Below are positions 12,910-27,100 of a stretch of DNA of 64,000 nt, piece by piece; the first letter of the stretch is position 1, and each line of letters opens with the position of its first letter. Below the pieces are notes generated by a model. That model had not been told where the DNA came from, ran no database searches, and was given only the letters and a program-made list of their open reading frames with translations. Source of the DNA: Paramecium tetraurelia (taxonomy: Eukaryota); the NCBI GenBank assembly GCA_000165425.1, contig CT868670.1:124001-188000 (forward strand). The letters run 5' to 3'. The position numbers and the translations under genes are program-made.

Positions 12910-14404
12910 ATGAGTTCGTTTTCATGTTCATAAGGACATTTCACTCTTTTCCAAGGTAAAAGTACACTTGGTTGCACTAATTCAACAAATTTTTGCGGGA
13001 AATTTTCTTCGTGTGTCTAGGTTAGTAGTGCAAATGGGCAAGCAATAAATGGATGTTGCAGAGAAGATTATCTATATCCTAGTATAGCCAATATCGTAGT
13101 GTATATACTGATTATCCCAATCATAGGGATTGGCAGTCTGGGAGCTTTAGGAGGTAAGATTGGAGAATTGAATATTAGGTGGTGTGGTCAAAAGGCCATT
13201 TCTGGAGGCTGTTTTAAATTTCAATTCTGGTCCTTCAGGTAATATAACTGCATGCTTGATGTTTGGAGCCCAACTAGTTAATTAGATAATAATCACATTC
13301 TAGAAGTATTACATTATGGAATTTAAGACATCCATACCATCCTCAGTGTCCAGCTGTCAATTATGAAGTCGGAATGATTTATGCTTTGGCTATTCCTCTT
13401 TCTATGCAATTCGGAGAAGAATTAGCAAGTTATATGCCGTTACTACCAGTTTTAACGATATAGATGATGTTTTTTATTGTCATTCTTCCAATTTGTTTAT
13501 TATATGCAAAAAGACAAGAAGTTGTTGAATAAGAATTGGATGAAGATTACACTGACTCTCACATTTCTATGGCATCAGCTTTTAAAGGCTCAATCTAAGA
13601 TGAAGCATAAGCAGCATTAGTGTATAAATAATTTTTGGATGAATCTCATTAAATCCTTCCTCTCATTCCTGTACTTATTGCCTTTGGTAGTTTTGCAGCT
13701 AACGAAGCAGTGATTCTATCAAGATCGACTCTTAGTTAAAATTCGCCTTATTTTCAAACCAACGAATAAGACCCAAATCCTAAATTAAGTCCATGCAATG
13801 TTTGGAATTTCTATATGATGATCCTCTTGTTTGCAGTGAATATTTTGATAACTGGAACTACATTATTGGTATACAGAAAAAAAGAAGAAATAAAGGACAC
13901 TGTCAGATATAAAATGAAGGAAAGATATTTTACACCAACCAGAAGATTTTTTAAAATCTATGGAGCTGGATGTGCAACCGGTTTTATTGCTGGGTTTTTG
14001 GGAATGGCAGCAGGTTTAACCATGTTTGTAACGATGGTTTAATTTGGTCTGGTTGCAGCTTCTGCAGGAGCAACAGCAAGATTATGGTTATTTTATTGTA
14101 TGCTTACAAGTTTTTGTATCATTCATGGTCAGCGATTCTGGAATGCCAATTGGTGATTAATTCTTCTTCTACGGAATTGGGGTATAATATCATATTACTA
14201 ATTCATTAGATTGTTGGTGTACTGGTCTTCACAAACTTAGGTTATTATTACATAAACAAATACAAAATTGGTCATATTTTATTTTATATTGATTTTGCCA
14301 TTGTCGTTTTAAATATTGCTGGCAACATTGCATGGGGAATAGAATAAACTGATAGATAGGGTTTTTATTCCATTGTAAATATATCTAATTCCTGTAGAGA
14401 TTGA
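12910..14404 (+). CDS. TauE/SafE-family (sulfite exporter-like) membrane protein, copy A; apparent +1 frameshift near 14080
   Basis: GIGSLGALGGGVVKRPFL, HPYHPQCPAVNYE, GCATGFIAGFLGMAAG; aligns throughout with 34707-36250. Confidence 0.75.
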
Positions 14405-14643
14405 TTATTATTTATTTATCAACAATAAGTTATTATAATTATTTAATTAATTTATAAGACTTTTTGTGAACTAGTGTTGAATTATTTTATAATACAAAAA
14501 CTATTTCTATTTTCTTTAATTCCTTATTATCATGATTCAAGAAAAGAATAAAATTGAGCTTAACTATCTTATAATCTTATTGCAAAGGAAGAATAATAAT
14601 GTTAGATTTTCATTAGATATATTTATATGATAGTACTATTATT

Positions 14644-14868
14644 ATGAATAAGGTACATAAAGATTTAAACCAAATAGCCAAATATTATTGGGATGCTTAC
14701 AAATTTATCGACTTAAAGTCTAAAGAATAGAAAAAATAAAATATTCAGATTTGGAGAAGTGACAATTTATGTTACCAAATAGAAATCATAATAAATATTG
14801 AGGGTTTTTAATCATAAATTGCTTATAGAAAGTAAAGAATGAAAACCATAGATGGAAACGATATTTGA
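14644..14868 (+). CDS. Possible small hypothetical protein (74 aa)
   Basis: Code-6 ORF MNKVHKDLNQIAKYYWDAYKF...IDGNDI*; no motif recognised. Confidence 0.25.
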
Positions 14869-14896
14869 TTGATGACTTACTTTATTTATATTATTA

Positions 14897-15805
14897 ATGA
14901 ATTTTAATATTAAGCGGGTGTTTTCTAATCAATTAAGCGAATAAAATCAATTGGTTATTGTTTTTGGATAAGTCATAAATTGCTTGAAAATGACTTCTCA
15001 GCAATATTGCATTACTATCACAGATAACTTTGGTAATCTAGAGTTTTGGTGGCATCATGACATTTCAATTGGAATTTATGTTGAAGTTTTGGGTACATAT
15101 TAGTAGAAGATTTTTAATGATATTAAATTTAATAAGATATATGCCAAAAGAATCAGTATTCAATTATAATAATTAGAAATATTTGACTCATCCAATAACT
15201 ATATGTTATGTTTTTTGGAAACCATTTTCGAGTAAAAGAAAGAGGAAAAATAGGAGAAACAGTTATAATTTCAGAATCAAATTTTAGTTGTAAACCACTC
15301 TTAAGAGCTCACAACTGAAATAGCAGTTTACTACTTAAAATTAATTGGAGGCAAATATTTAAAGAATTATGAAATGAAAGATGATTATATAGTTAATTTT
15401 AAAGGGGAGGAATTTGAGGACATGATATATTCAAAAGAGGAACTGAAGATGTCAATTCAAATTTTGCAAAGTGTTGGTATTTTTAATGGAAATGTTGTGT
15501 GTAAATAAGAGTTTTTTAACATGATTAACTTAGTTAAGAGTGTTTTAAGTGATGGGAAAGCACTCAGTATTAAGGAATGCACTAAAAAAATAAATGATTA
15601 TTATTTATTTAAAGGATATTAATTGTTTACAGAAGAGATATCTGTTTGCATTTTTAATTTATTTCTCTTGAATTATATATGCATTTAGGATTCAAGTAAT
15701 ACAATAATGATTAGAAAAATGATGACTACTAAATGGATTTATTAAAAATAATAATAATAATTTATGATTGTTTATATCATTCTTCATTTTCTTAGATTAA
15801 ATTGA
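14897..15805 (+). CDS. STN1/RPA32-like OB-fold protein with helical (winged-helix-like) C-terminus; 3' end uncertain
   Basis: LVIVFGQVI...YCITITDNFGNLEFWW...IGIYVEVLGTY...IYAKRI...DSSNNYMLCFLETI; first in-frame TGA overlaps the convergent gene by ~29 nt, so the true stop may be earlier. Confidence 0.6.
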
Positions 15806-18800
15806 CAGATCCTTCGACTTATAAGAATGTTCCACCACCCTTGATGATTCTGCCTGAGTTAAATCCTTGATTTGCGAGTAGAGCTGACAAGATTCTATCA
15901 GGAGGAGGTGCAGGATCAACTGGCCACTCTCTTGGTTCTGGACTTGTAGTAAATGCACCATCGCCGATACCCAAATACCAATCAAAGGCTTCACCCTAAA
16001 GAAATGAGAATGATCAATACATCAAATTGTTTGCCATAGCCATCCTCAGAGAAGAACACACTCAAATAATTTGGAACAAAGTGATAGATCTCCTCAAACA
16101 GATAGGAGTTGGCTGTTTGATCTATTTAACGAATATAAGCATAGGCTTATTTAAGATGGAAGGAATATCCAAAGTAGAAGTATGTCCATTTACCCCAATA
16201 TTTGCCAATTTCAAATTTCTTGTCGACTAAAGATATAAATATAAATAATTACTTGAGCCAACATCATCATCTATAGTTTCAATGTCTCCCATAATCATAA
16301 GTACTGAAATACCAGACACCCTTTATCAATGAAGATGGACAGAGTTCTATCTCCTGCATTGTCATTATCAGCTTGGATATCTGGAGTATTTTATGTGACT
16401 CTGACAAGTGAAGTCCAATCAGTAACATTCTTTAATTTATTACCCTTAGCAAATCCATAAACACTGTATTCAAAGACACCACTGTATTTCTCTTCATATG
16501 ATTTGAACACTCTTTAAGTCATCTTGGCTTTTTCTACTTAGACTGGTTCATTATCTTATTTATCTTTGTATGGTGGATAAGGTCTGAATTTAGGAACAAT
16601 AACGTTGAGTAAATCTTCACTTGAATCAATATAACTGTTCTTGCCCAAAAATGCTCTTGGATCAAACAATTTACCTTAGAAGGCTGAATGTCCAAATTCT
16701 TTCTTTCCAATAACGAGTCTGGCATAATCTCTCAATAACCAATGTTTAGCACTGTCAATTTCAACTCTCTTAACAACATTTTAATGAGTAAGATAAACAT
16801 ATCCAATACCCTTTGGTCCAGTTGGAATTCTCTTGTAGCAGAAATAGACGAAATTCCAATATCCTTCTAATTCCTTATCAAACTTAGTTCCTGTTGTGAT
16901 CTCATTCTTATCAAGAACTGCATCATAAGTGCTGAATTTGTATTCTCCTCTTCCTACAAATGCTGATACTGTTCTGTCTCCATTCTTTTAAGCATCTTCG
17001 TATTAAGCATTTGTTGTGAATCTAAATATGGAGTGGGATTCAGCTTTTTCTAATAAAATGAATGGATAGTTCATCAACCATCTAGTCCATAAACCAATAC
17101 CATATTCATATATGGCTTCAATGTCAGATCCTGGGAAATTAGTCTATGTGAATTCAACATCCAATGCTGGTTTGTCATCTTTAGCATAAATCAAAGCATC
17201 AGCATCATTTTAAACATAGAATTCAAAGTAATTATTAAGTTTGTATGGGATCCAAGCTGGAAGATCAACCTCAACTTCAACCTTATCAACATAGTGCCAG
17301 CATTATGTGCTACCATAACAAGCATGAACATGTCTAGATTTACCAATGAAATTCTTATTAATTCCATCCTTTCCGAAATATACAGCAAGGTATTTTGGAG
17401 AGAAGTGCAATACTTTCTTTAATAAACCACCTTTGCTAACATCTGGGAATCCAAAGAACCAACCAGCGTATTCATCTTGTCTGGAATATCCAACCCAAAT
17501 GTACATCCAAATTCCTCTATATTCTCCTAAAGCAACGTTGGTATTTCTATTAAGATTGAAATCAGTATCAATAAATCCAATGTCATAGGTTCCAATTTCC
17601 ATATCTCCACCTTTCTGAATAACTGATAATGTTCTATCTCCTAACAAATTAGCATCCTTCAAGAATCCTGGCTCATTATTGGTTAATCTGATAACTGTTT
17701 ATGCCTCAGTATTCATCTAGACTTCCATAATATTTGAACCATCCATAGACTGAATATTATTCTGTTTCAATTGCTCCATCTTCATATAAAAAGGTATCAT
17801 ATGTTTCAGTATCTTTGTTATCAGCACCTTAGATTTCATAATCCTTTGTTCCTAATTCTTCGTCAACTGGGACCTTGTATTATTCAATCCATGTTTCATA
17901 TTCAGCAATTTCATTAATAAATGATCCTCTTCCAAATCTGACAACTGCATGAGCTATTCTACCATTGAATCCATAAACAGTAGATTTCCATTATCCAACA
18001 TAGAATCTAACATAATTGTTAGCAGGATCAGCATCAAATGGATCGAAAACTGTTCTTTAAACTTACTTCAATTTGTTGAAATTAACATATCCAACAGCAA
18101 TTTACTTCAATTTTGAATAACTGAAATAGATGTAATTCCAATATCCATCTAAATTCTTTCCATAATTAACAGGTCTTCCTGAACCAGCCCAGAATTCATA
18201 ATTTCCTCTTCCAATATATACTGCAAATTCAGCTTCATCTTAATCTGTAAATCCTAATCTACCAACCAAAATACGCTCAGGTTTCTCATAAATTCTTTAT
18301 GGGTTTGTAATGAAGAATTTAGTCCACATACCGAATCCATATTCATAAACACCATCTGTTACCCAATCTGGTTCATCATGAAGTAAAGTATCATATTCAG
18401 ATTCTGTTTTGTGATTCAACCATTTAGGATCATATGTTTTCAATTATACTCCAGGCCATAACTTAATCTTGCCAGTCTTATAGTCATCGAAATCTATAGC
18501 AGATCCCCATGCACCCTTTCCAAATCTGATTGTTGTGTAGGCTGTCTTTCCATGGAAGAAAAATTAATGTCCTTGTCCCAAATAAAGTGCCCAATATTTG
18601 GCTACAACATGCCCAACCTTTGAATTGTTTTTCAACTTTGTCATCTGGCCATTCCATGTAGTATGTGAAATCTCCATGATTATATCCAAAGTATGCATAT
18701 GTCCATAATTATTGTGATTCTTAAGCAATAACAACTTTTTCATCGATGTCACTGAACTTGTCCTTCTCTTCAACTGTATATGTAGAGAATTAATATTCAT

Positions 18801-21323
18801 TTTATTCAGTTTACCATAATGAAAGTGCTTTCAATCCATGAGGAATTATTCCTACTTCTGGTTCGTTGGATGTAAATCTAAATATAACTTAATGAGCTCT
18901 TTCAGATCTTCTTACATATCTAAACCAAGTGGATACTGAATATTCTCTGTATCCATCTAAATCCCATTTGAATTTAGGATCATCGATCAAACCATCATAT
19001 TCAACTTTGTCATAGTATTATTTCTCCTAATATTCTAATTCAGGGTCTGTTGGAACAGTGTATTTGGTTTCAATCAAATTTTTCATCTCTTCCTCTGTCT
19101 CAACTAATGAATTCTTATTCAAGACAACTCTAACATTGGTGATGACTCCGTTGAATCCTTTGAATCCCTTCCAAAGTCCAGATTGGAATTTAATAGTTTT
19201 AACAATAGCTGGTTGAGTAACTTTGAATGTGACACTCTTGATTACTTAAGTTCTACCCCAGTAAATATAACCATTGGCTTTTCCTTCTTTATATCCGAAA
19301 TAGACATAAATCCATTCAGCATCCAAATATTTGCCATAATCTAATTATAATTCAGTCACAACTTCTCCTTCAAATACTTAGAAATTATAGAATCCTTCTC
19401 CAATAGTTGTTACTAATCTATTTGTGTCATCTCCACTCAAACCTCCAACAGCCAAGACTTCCTTCTTTTCTGCAATCTTAACCTTTCCATTGTATCTGAA
19501 ATATGTCCATAATCCATAACTGTATTCAACTGATGTTTTAATTCTGCTATCAGGTCCATCTTCAACATCTTTTTCCCAAGGTGATGTTTCTTATGTAACA
19601 ACACTGTCAGTTCTCTTGTCTAAAGTGTAAACAAGTTATTCTAATTCTGGTTCTGGTTCATCTGGGAATTCTAATCTACCGAAATCGTCATCTTCTTCCT
19701 CTTCAACTAATTCCTCAACGATTTCTTCAACTATTTCTTCAACGATTTCCTCAACAATCTCTTCAACAATTTCTTCAACAATTTCTTCTACTGTTTCTTC
19801 TTATTCTTCTACTTTTTCATCATCTGGTGTTGGTTCTACAACAACTTCCTCTTCTGGTTCTTCTTCAACAATAACTTCTTCTTCTGGTTCAGGTTTAGGT
19901 TCTGGTTTAGGTTCTGGTTATGGTTGTGGTTTGGGTTCATCCTCATCATCTTCAACAATAATAATAATTGGTTGTTCTTAACATCCTGGATATCCACAAC
20001 TTGGCTAATAAGCACTTGGACCAGTTGCTGCATCAATCAGTGTATCAATCAAATCTTCCAAAACGTCATCTCCACAACCATCTTCCTCTTCTGATTCCCA
20101 TTCAAATTCCTCTTCTTCCTCTACTTCTTCTTCTGATTCTTTTTCTGGTTCAGGTACTGGTTCACATTCTTTAGCCTTTTTGGCTTCTTCAGCTAATCTC
20201 TCAGCTTCTTCTGCTCTTTTTCTTGCCTCTTCAGCTGCCTCCTAAGCCTCTTTCAATCTTCTTTATGCTTCCTCGGCATCTAAGCACGCTTCTTCTTCCT
20301 TATTTTAGGCATTTTCCAAGACCTATTATGATTCTGCTGCTTTTTCAGCTGCTTCTTATGCCTCTCTTGCATCTTTTTCAGCCTATGTTTCAGCTTCTTA
20401 TTCAGCTGACTTAGCAGCATCTAACTCTTGTTCTGCTTCACGTTCTAATTCCTCTGCTAATTCTAATTCCTTCTCGGCTTATTATTCTAATAATTCGGCT
20501 TCTTCTGGAGTGATATCTACTCTGTTCTTCAATTCTTCTAATTCTCTGGCTTCTTCTTCCTTTCTTCTTTCTTCTTCTGCTGCTGCTTCAGCTGCTGCTC
20601 TAGCTTCTTCTTCTGCTTATAATTTTGCATCCTCTTGTTCTTACTCTTTTCTTCTTTCCTCCTCTTCAGCTTTTGCATCAGCCTGTAATAATGGTGCCCA
20701 ATAATCTTTGCATTGAGAGGTTTTTTCATTGACTCTAGTGGCAAGATCATAGAGTTAATCAATTTCAATAGGAATAGTATTTAGTTATAATTAGATTTCT
20801 GTTATTTGTTGAATCAACTCAGAGATCTTAGTTGCAATGGTTTGAGCCAATTACAATTTGTCTTCATCACCTAACAAATAGATTTTTGATTAATACTCTT
20901 TGCTTTATTGAGGACTTCCAAATATCCCAAAATATCGTTAATATCATACCAGGATGAAGTAGATTCAATTTGAGATAGTGATTTGAAATGCTTTGAGATC
21001 TAATGATGCAACTATTTGACTTGAATAAACGATCCTCCCTGAATATGTTAGACAGTTAGCAAAACTCTATCCACCAATGCTTTGACCATAGCCAAAACCT
21101 ACAAATCTCCATCAAATCCATCCTTGTGTTTCACGATGTCTATCCATTAATCAATGTCATGCTATGCTCCCAACTACTCTTTATAGCTTGGACTTTCACA
21201 AGTCCATCCAGAGGGATCAATAGATAAAATTGACTCCAAAGGGGTTATCTACGTCCTTGCAGACGTCTTGAACTGTAAAGACACGCTGACTAGCAGCCAT
21301 GCCACTAGCAATTGCTTTAACAT
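15777..21323 (-). CDS. Large secreted protein (~1800 aa): signal peptide, helical N-domain, A/E coiled coil, P/E linker, six LamG/concanavalin-A-like repeats
   Basis: MLKQLLVAWLLVSVSLQ; repeat starts EYSYGLWTYF, EYSVSTWFRY, EYGFGMWTKF, QYSVYGWFKY, EYGIGLWTRW, EYSVYGFAK spaced ~200 aa, with recurring GDRTLS and W.YIYFGY. Confidence 0.85.
19699..19791 (-). repeat. 12-bp coding tandem repeat (VEEI)x6-VEEL-VEE
   Basis: Direct reading; synonymous codon variation among units. Confidence 0.9.
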
Positions 21324-21371
21324 AAATATATTTATAATCCGTTTTTTATATATTGATTAGAATATATACAA

Positions 21372-23307
21372 TCAGAATTCCTGAATCGAATTTAATTACA
21401 CGATTGGAACCTGATCAAAGTATTCAGAGTAGTGCTTGGCCAAACTTGATGTTGTTAGTATATTGTCCTTAGGATAAAATGAAATTATAGGCAAGAGATG
21501 ATAATTCTCTTCAAGAGCATTAAATATTTAAAACTCCATAAAGTTTCTATTCATTCTGTTTTGTTTAAGAGTCAATTTATCATGTGGTCCAATCTTCCTG
21601 ATAATCAACAATGATATAGGCAATAGCAAGTCAAAAGCCTTTTAACTATTATGTTTCAACTCTCCGATGGTTTAAGGATTGATAATGGGTAAACTATTTA
21701 TTGCAGCTTTACTCAAATGATGACCTTCATAATCAATCCTTATTTTAATTGACATCTATTGATTAGATTCATCTTTTTCTTAAACCAAAGTGATATGCAC
21801 ATAATTAGGATGACTATTTTTTGATCCTGATTGCTTCTCTAAAATAAAAAAAAATAGGTTTAAAAATAATTGCTTCAGCTATCTCTAGTCCTGTCTTACA
21901 TAAGTATCCGGAATTTTACAATCTATTGTGAAAAATATCCCTTTATCATCTCCAAAATATCTGACTACATGTTACTAAATCTACTCAATAAATTCTTTAA
22001 TGTCAAATTTCTGAATTAAACAGCGTTAAAATTCTTTGTTTATGCTAAAGTAATCCTGAATATTTGAAAAATCATTATAGCATTTCAATAAATTGCTATT
22101 TACTTTTCTTAATAATTTATTAATGAATACAATATTTTTAATTTTCTATTTGTTATTATAAATCCATTAGAAAGAAATTAAACTTGGTTTTACATATTCT
22201 CTAAACACATCTCCAATCTAATCTAATGCCTTCATTGCTATCTTATTTCTTAAATTAAGTTGATCAATAACATTATCCTTCTTATTTTCAATCAATAACA
22301 CTAAAGCACATGGCTTTTCTTAATATATTTTCACTACCTTAATTGTGTAGCTTTCTTGATATAGAAATCCCTTCAATAAATATGAATTATTTGATTCTGA
22401 TTAATGAATTAAATGCATGATGTATTTCTTTTTATTAGTAAATTCATAAAACAAAAAATTCTCTAGTGTCATGTTAGCCTAATTTTCCAACACCTCTTGT
22501 GATGTAAATTAAGTAAATCTTCTCTTTGAGTCATATGATGAGACTTTTGTGTTTCTTATTTTGTCAATAAACTCATCCTGAATCTACTCTGTAATTTGCT
22601 ACTACCTATTCTTTTACATTAAGATCAACTTGTTCTTGGGAGGATTATAACTGATGATAAAACTTTCAATGTCATTATAAGTTTGTATGTTATCTTCTAA
22701 AATTTTTTAAGTATTTGCTTAAATAAATACTTTCCTCCTGAAATTTTCAAAACAATAACAATAGTGTATGTATATACATAATTCAAAAATATGCAAAACT
22801 ACTTATTCCCACAATTAAATATTTGGATTTCTAAATATCGTAATTTGAAATGTGAAAATTACTACAAGGATCAATTGCTTCTTGGAATAGCTTAGTGTGT
22901 TCATTAAACTATTTATTTTAAACTAATTCATACGCCAAAATTGTTAAAGCTTGAAAATATCCATCCAAAGAATATGTCTAGAGTTACAACTCCTTCTTTT
23001 AAAATACTGAATTATAGGGGAAGAAAAAGTTATACAAGACTAACGACATAAACAGTAATAAGTCTTTAAAGTATCTGTTGGATGAGGAAGTACATTTGAG
23101 GTTTAACGCATAAAGTAAACTACATAATAGTAGCACTGTTAATAAGAGCCAATCCTCTCTCATGATTTTTATTGAAATCTGAAATACTACCAAAGGCAAA
23201 ACGATCCATTTCTGAGTTTTTTAATAGTTTTTATATATGCTTGTAATTTCCTTCTAATATTCATGTTCCATTTCTTAATCCTGAAAATTTAAACTAAAAA
23301 TTTTCAT
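21372..23307 (-). CDS. Multi-pass membrane protein with degenerate histidine-kinase/HATPase-like C-terminus (~636 aa), paralog of 426-2323
   Basis: MKIFSLNFQDQEMEHEY...QKW; 25-nt intron at the same position as in the paralog; LKHNSQKAFDLLLPISLLIIRKIGPHDKL. Confidence 0.7.
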
Positions 23308-24187
23308 TACAATTATAACAATATATTAATCAAATCATCAAAATAGAAATGAATAAACCTCATCTACCCATATGTATATTCATTTATTAACTTTTAAGTA
23401 AAGTTAAATCTAAATATTTGTATTTTGAAGAATATTTTTCTACAAAAACCTAATAGGTATACATTAAAATGATAAATAAATTAAATACTTTCTATTATTA
23501 AAATTTATACCAAATTTACTGAGTATCAATAATATCATTAGTTATTTTACAATTTACAGTTTTAAGTTGATTTGAAGTAACTATCCTTGATTTCATTTGT
23601 TATTTTATTTTCAATAAGTTTCAATAAAGTAGTTTATATATTATAGACACAATAATAAAAAAATGGATTTCTTAATCCAGATAATTCATTTATCAGAAGA
23701 AAAAAAGAAATTTAACATAAGACAATGAATTATAATATACTTTAGTCCTTTTGATAAAAGAAAAATGTTTAATAATTAAAATTAAATAAACTGATTCTAG
23801 TATTCAATTTTTAAGAAATCAATATATATCTGAGTATATTATTTGAAAATTATTTTATTACTTATATAAATTATTCTAAGCATTATAATATGATTTTGGT
23901 TAAGATCTTAACGCGTGTTTATCACATTTTTATCTACCAAATGAATTTTACCAATTTGTACTTAGTAGCATTCCAATAAGTGTTTGTATTTGAGAACTAT
24001 GTACTTTAGAGTATTTAGAAGAATTCTATGATAGAATCAGCACTTAAAGCTTCAATCCAAGATGGAATAATTTTTGTTTTTATTTTTGAAAATTTCATTT
24101 GGAAAGAGGAAAGCATTAATCGAGATGAATTCCTGCTTTAGAATTTTTCATGCTTTTTCTATCGATGATATAAAAATTATTATATTA

Positions 24188-27100
24188 ATGTTGTTTAATA
24201 AATCCCAAAGTACAGGGTAATTTCGTTTACAACTGGCATCTACTACAAGTAGATCGAATTTCAATACTAAAGTACTAAGTCCAAAATTCACTCAAAGTTT
24301 CAGGCCTAAAGAAAACATAGAACTTATAGAAAGTAAACACATGTAAAATTTTTAGTAAAGAATAATTTTCCATAGAGAGAGTTGTTTTTTGAGGTTCAGA
24401 GACTATGGGATGAAAATTAAATACCTGAGATTCATTAGAAATATTACTACTTTATTCTTACTTCGAATATTGCATCTTAAGAATATTTGATGAGATCAGA
24501 AATAGAAAGTTATAAACTAAATGGCAGTATCATCAAGACTTTACATCAATTAACTATCAGCAGAGAGATCTGTTTAAAAGAGGCATTAGCAATTGAATAG
24601 AGCGAGAACATTATTGAATTCGTATGCCTTATTTCAAATTACATTTATGATCTAAGAAAAATTACGTTAAATCTCATAGAGTATTAGAGAAAATGGGTGA
24701 ATAAATTGTATATCTAATATGCCTACAACTACTAATGGATTTATCAAGGAGAGAACTATGTGATGAAAATCAAAGATGATCATAAGTTGCTATTTTAGAA
24801 GCATCCTGTATTGATGAAATTTTTCCATATCAGCGAAAGTGTGGATGACATATTTTATTTAGGAGTCATTAACTAAGCTTATGAGAGGGATTTAGAATAT
24901 TTTGATTATTTAACAAAACACAAACTTGATCAAAAATACTTAAAAAGAATCAAAGAACTACAAACTTACGTAACAGTTTAATTTACATGTAAACAATCTG
25001 AAAATAAAATTAAAACCTTCTTATAAACGAAAACAAATTTCCTAAGTACTAAAGAATTGTAAAGTGCTTAACAAACATCTAGAAAAGCCAGTATAACTAA
25101 GCTGTAAATAGAATTGCCTCCTTTACCTGAATATAGAAGTCAACTAATTTATAAATCAGATGATATTTAATTTATAATTAAGGATTGGCCCATTAAAGAC
25201 ATTCCATAAATTTTGAGTTTTTGGCTTTCTACTAATTTTGAAGATTTTCATAAAAGTTTCTTATAACCTTCTACGTATATACAAGAAACCTTAAGTTATG
25301 GTTAAGAGGCAATAATGCTATAAATATCTGATTTAGGAATTATGTTGGCGAGTGTTGAATAGGATTGTAATATTAGGAAATGGGTGATTCATTTGATAGT
25401 TTGTAAAGAATAAATATTTGACAAAATCATCCATCATTTCATTAAAATGTTGATAAGCAATGGGGATTCTTTTGAACAATTGGGTATCAATTTGACTTTA
25501 TTGGAATGTTTTGAGTACAATCTTAAAATACTCAATTTTTATTTTTGTAAAATCATAACAATTGAAAATCTTAAGGTTAATTACACTTAGTATGTTCTTG
25601 ATATTAAAAGGACAGAATAAGAATAATAAAGCATGTCAATCATTTATGATCCTATTTGTTTTATTTATGCTCGAATAATATCTAGGATAAAAAAACTAAT
25701 ATTAAACAGCGATGAGGAGACAATGGAGGCTTAGTTCTGTGCTAATCTAGGAAAGTCTAATTTGATTGCGTTTGATGAGAAAACCTAAGAAATAGCAAAA
25801 AATTTAATTGTAATGCTTGAAATAAACTATAATTTTAGAAACAGAAGATATATGGATCATCATTTTAACAAATATAAAATATTAAGGATGTGACTAAAGT
25901 TTGTCCTAGATTTAAATCTCCAATTAAAACTCCTGTGTATTTATAGTATTTCAATATGAACTTGCAATTTATGGTATTTTCATCAGAGATTCACAAACAA
26001 ACGCAACAACCATACATACGTTTTCCATCAGTATATTTATCTTATTAAAAAGAGATCCAAAGCTAGTTTAGATGAGGCATCATTATTGTAATTGTCAAGC
26101 AATGAAGGAAATAGCTTACGTAAAGTATATCTAATATCGACAACAGATCCTTTTGTAAAAATGTAAAATACTATATATAATATTAGATATGTTTTTGAAT
26201 TGAAAAATGATGAGGTTAGTTTGGATATCCCAACAGTTGTGAATGATATTTTTGAGAAATATGATTAAAAGAGTCTATCATAATACAACATATGGTTACC
26301 CTTTTTTAGGAGTATTGGTAATAGATAGAATTTAACAAATTGCAAATTATTATCTTATTTTACAAGTGAAGCATTTTTTGAAATAAATTTTCCAAGAATT
26401 GGAATGAATAGTGTTAATTATAGTTTTGAAGGAGAGAAATTGATCAATTTTCCTTTTATTGTAGGAATCGTATAATCAGATTTGGATTAGATCAACAAAC
26501 CAATATTTTCTATGTTAGTTCAATAAGAGGATATTATTAAAAAATGTGAACCTATGCAAATTGCCAAAAAAATGGAGAGAGATTATGAAATATTGGTGAT
26601 GCAAATTAATCCCAAGGATGTTGAACTAAGAGTTAAGGAAATAGTGAGATTTTCATGTCCAATCACTCAGGATTCTTTTGAGAAGGATCCACAAAAACTA
26701 ATTGATATTATGTATTATTAGCAAGAGGCTTGTGTGTTACAATTTTTTGTAGAAAACTTAGTTCAAGGCTATTGTATAATGTATGTAGATTAAAATAAGA
26801 TTCATGAAAGAGTATGGATCGTAGAAATAGTTTCATGTAAATCTGAGTGTTTCTTTGATATATTCTTAACTCAAATAGTAGATTTGGTTTTTGGACAGGA
26901 TTTGTCTGCTTCAGAAATATTAATAGCATAAGTGAGATATTAATATATAATTATGATAGTACCATTATCCATAGAACAATGGACAGATTATGGCAAACAA
27001 ATACATCTCGGAAGCGATAAAGAAAGTTGGGTTCAAATGGAGGATAGTAGAGAATGATTATAAAACTCAAATAAGGAGGACTATATTTACAATAAAAAGA

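Noticed and set aside
19836..20768. Leu/Ser-rich or N/Q/K-rich track ORFs on both strands
   Set aside because: Antisense or off-frame shadows of the A/E/P-rich region of the 15777-21323 gene
23890..24168. ~92-codon plus-strand code-6 ORF upstream of the 24188 gene
   Set aside because: No motif; an ORF of this size is unremarkable when TGA is the only stop
25890..25893. Apparent premature TGA in the large gene
   Set aside because: Out of frame once the 29-nt intron near 25810 is removed
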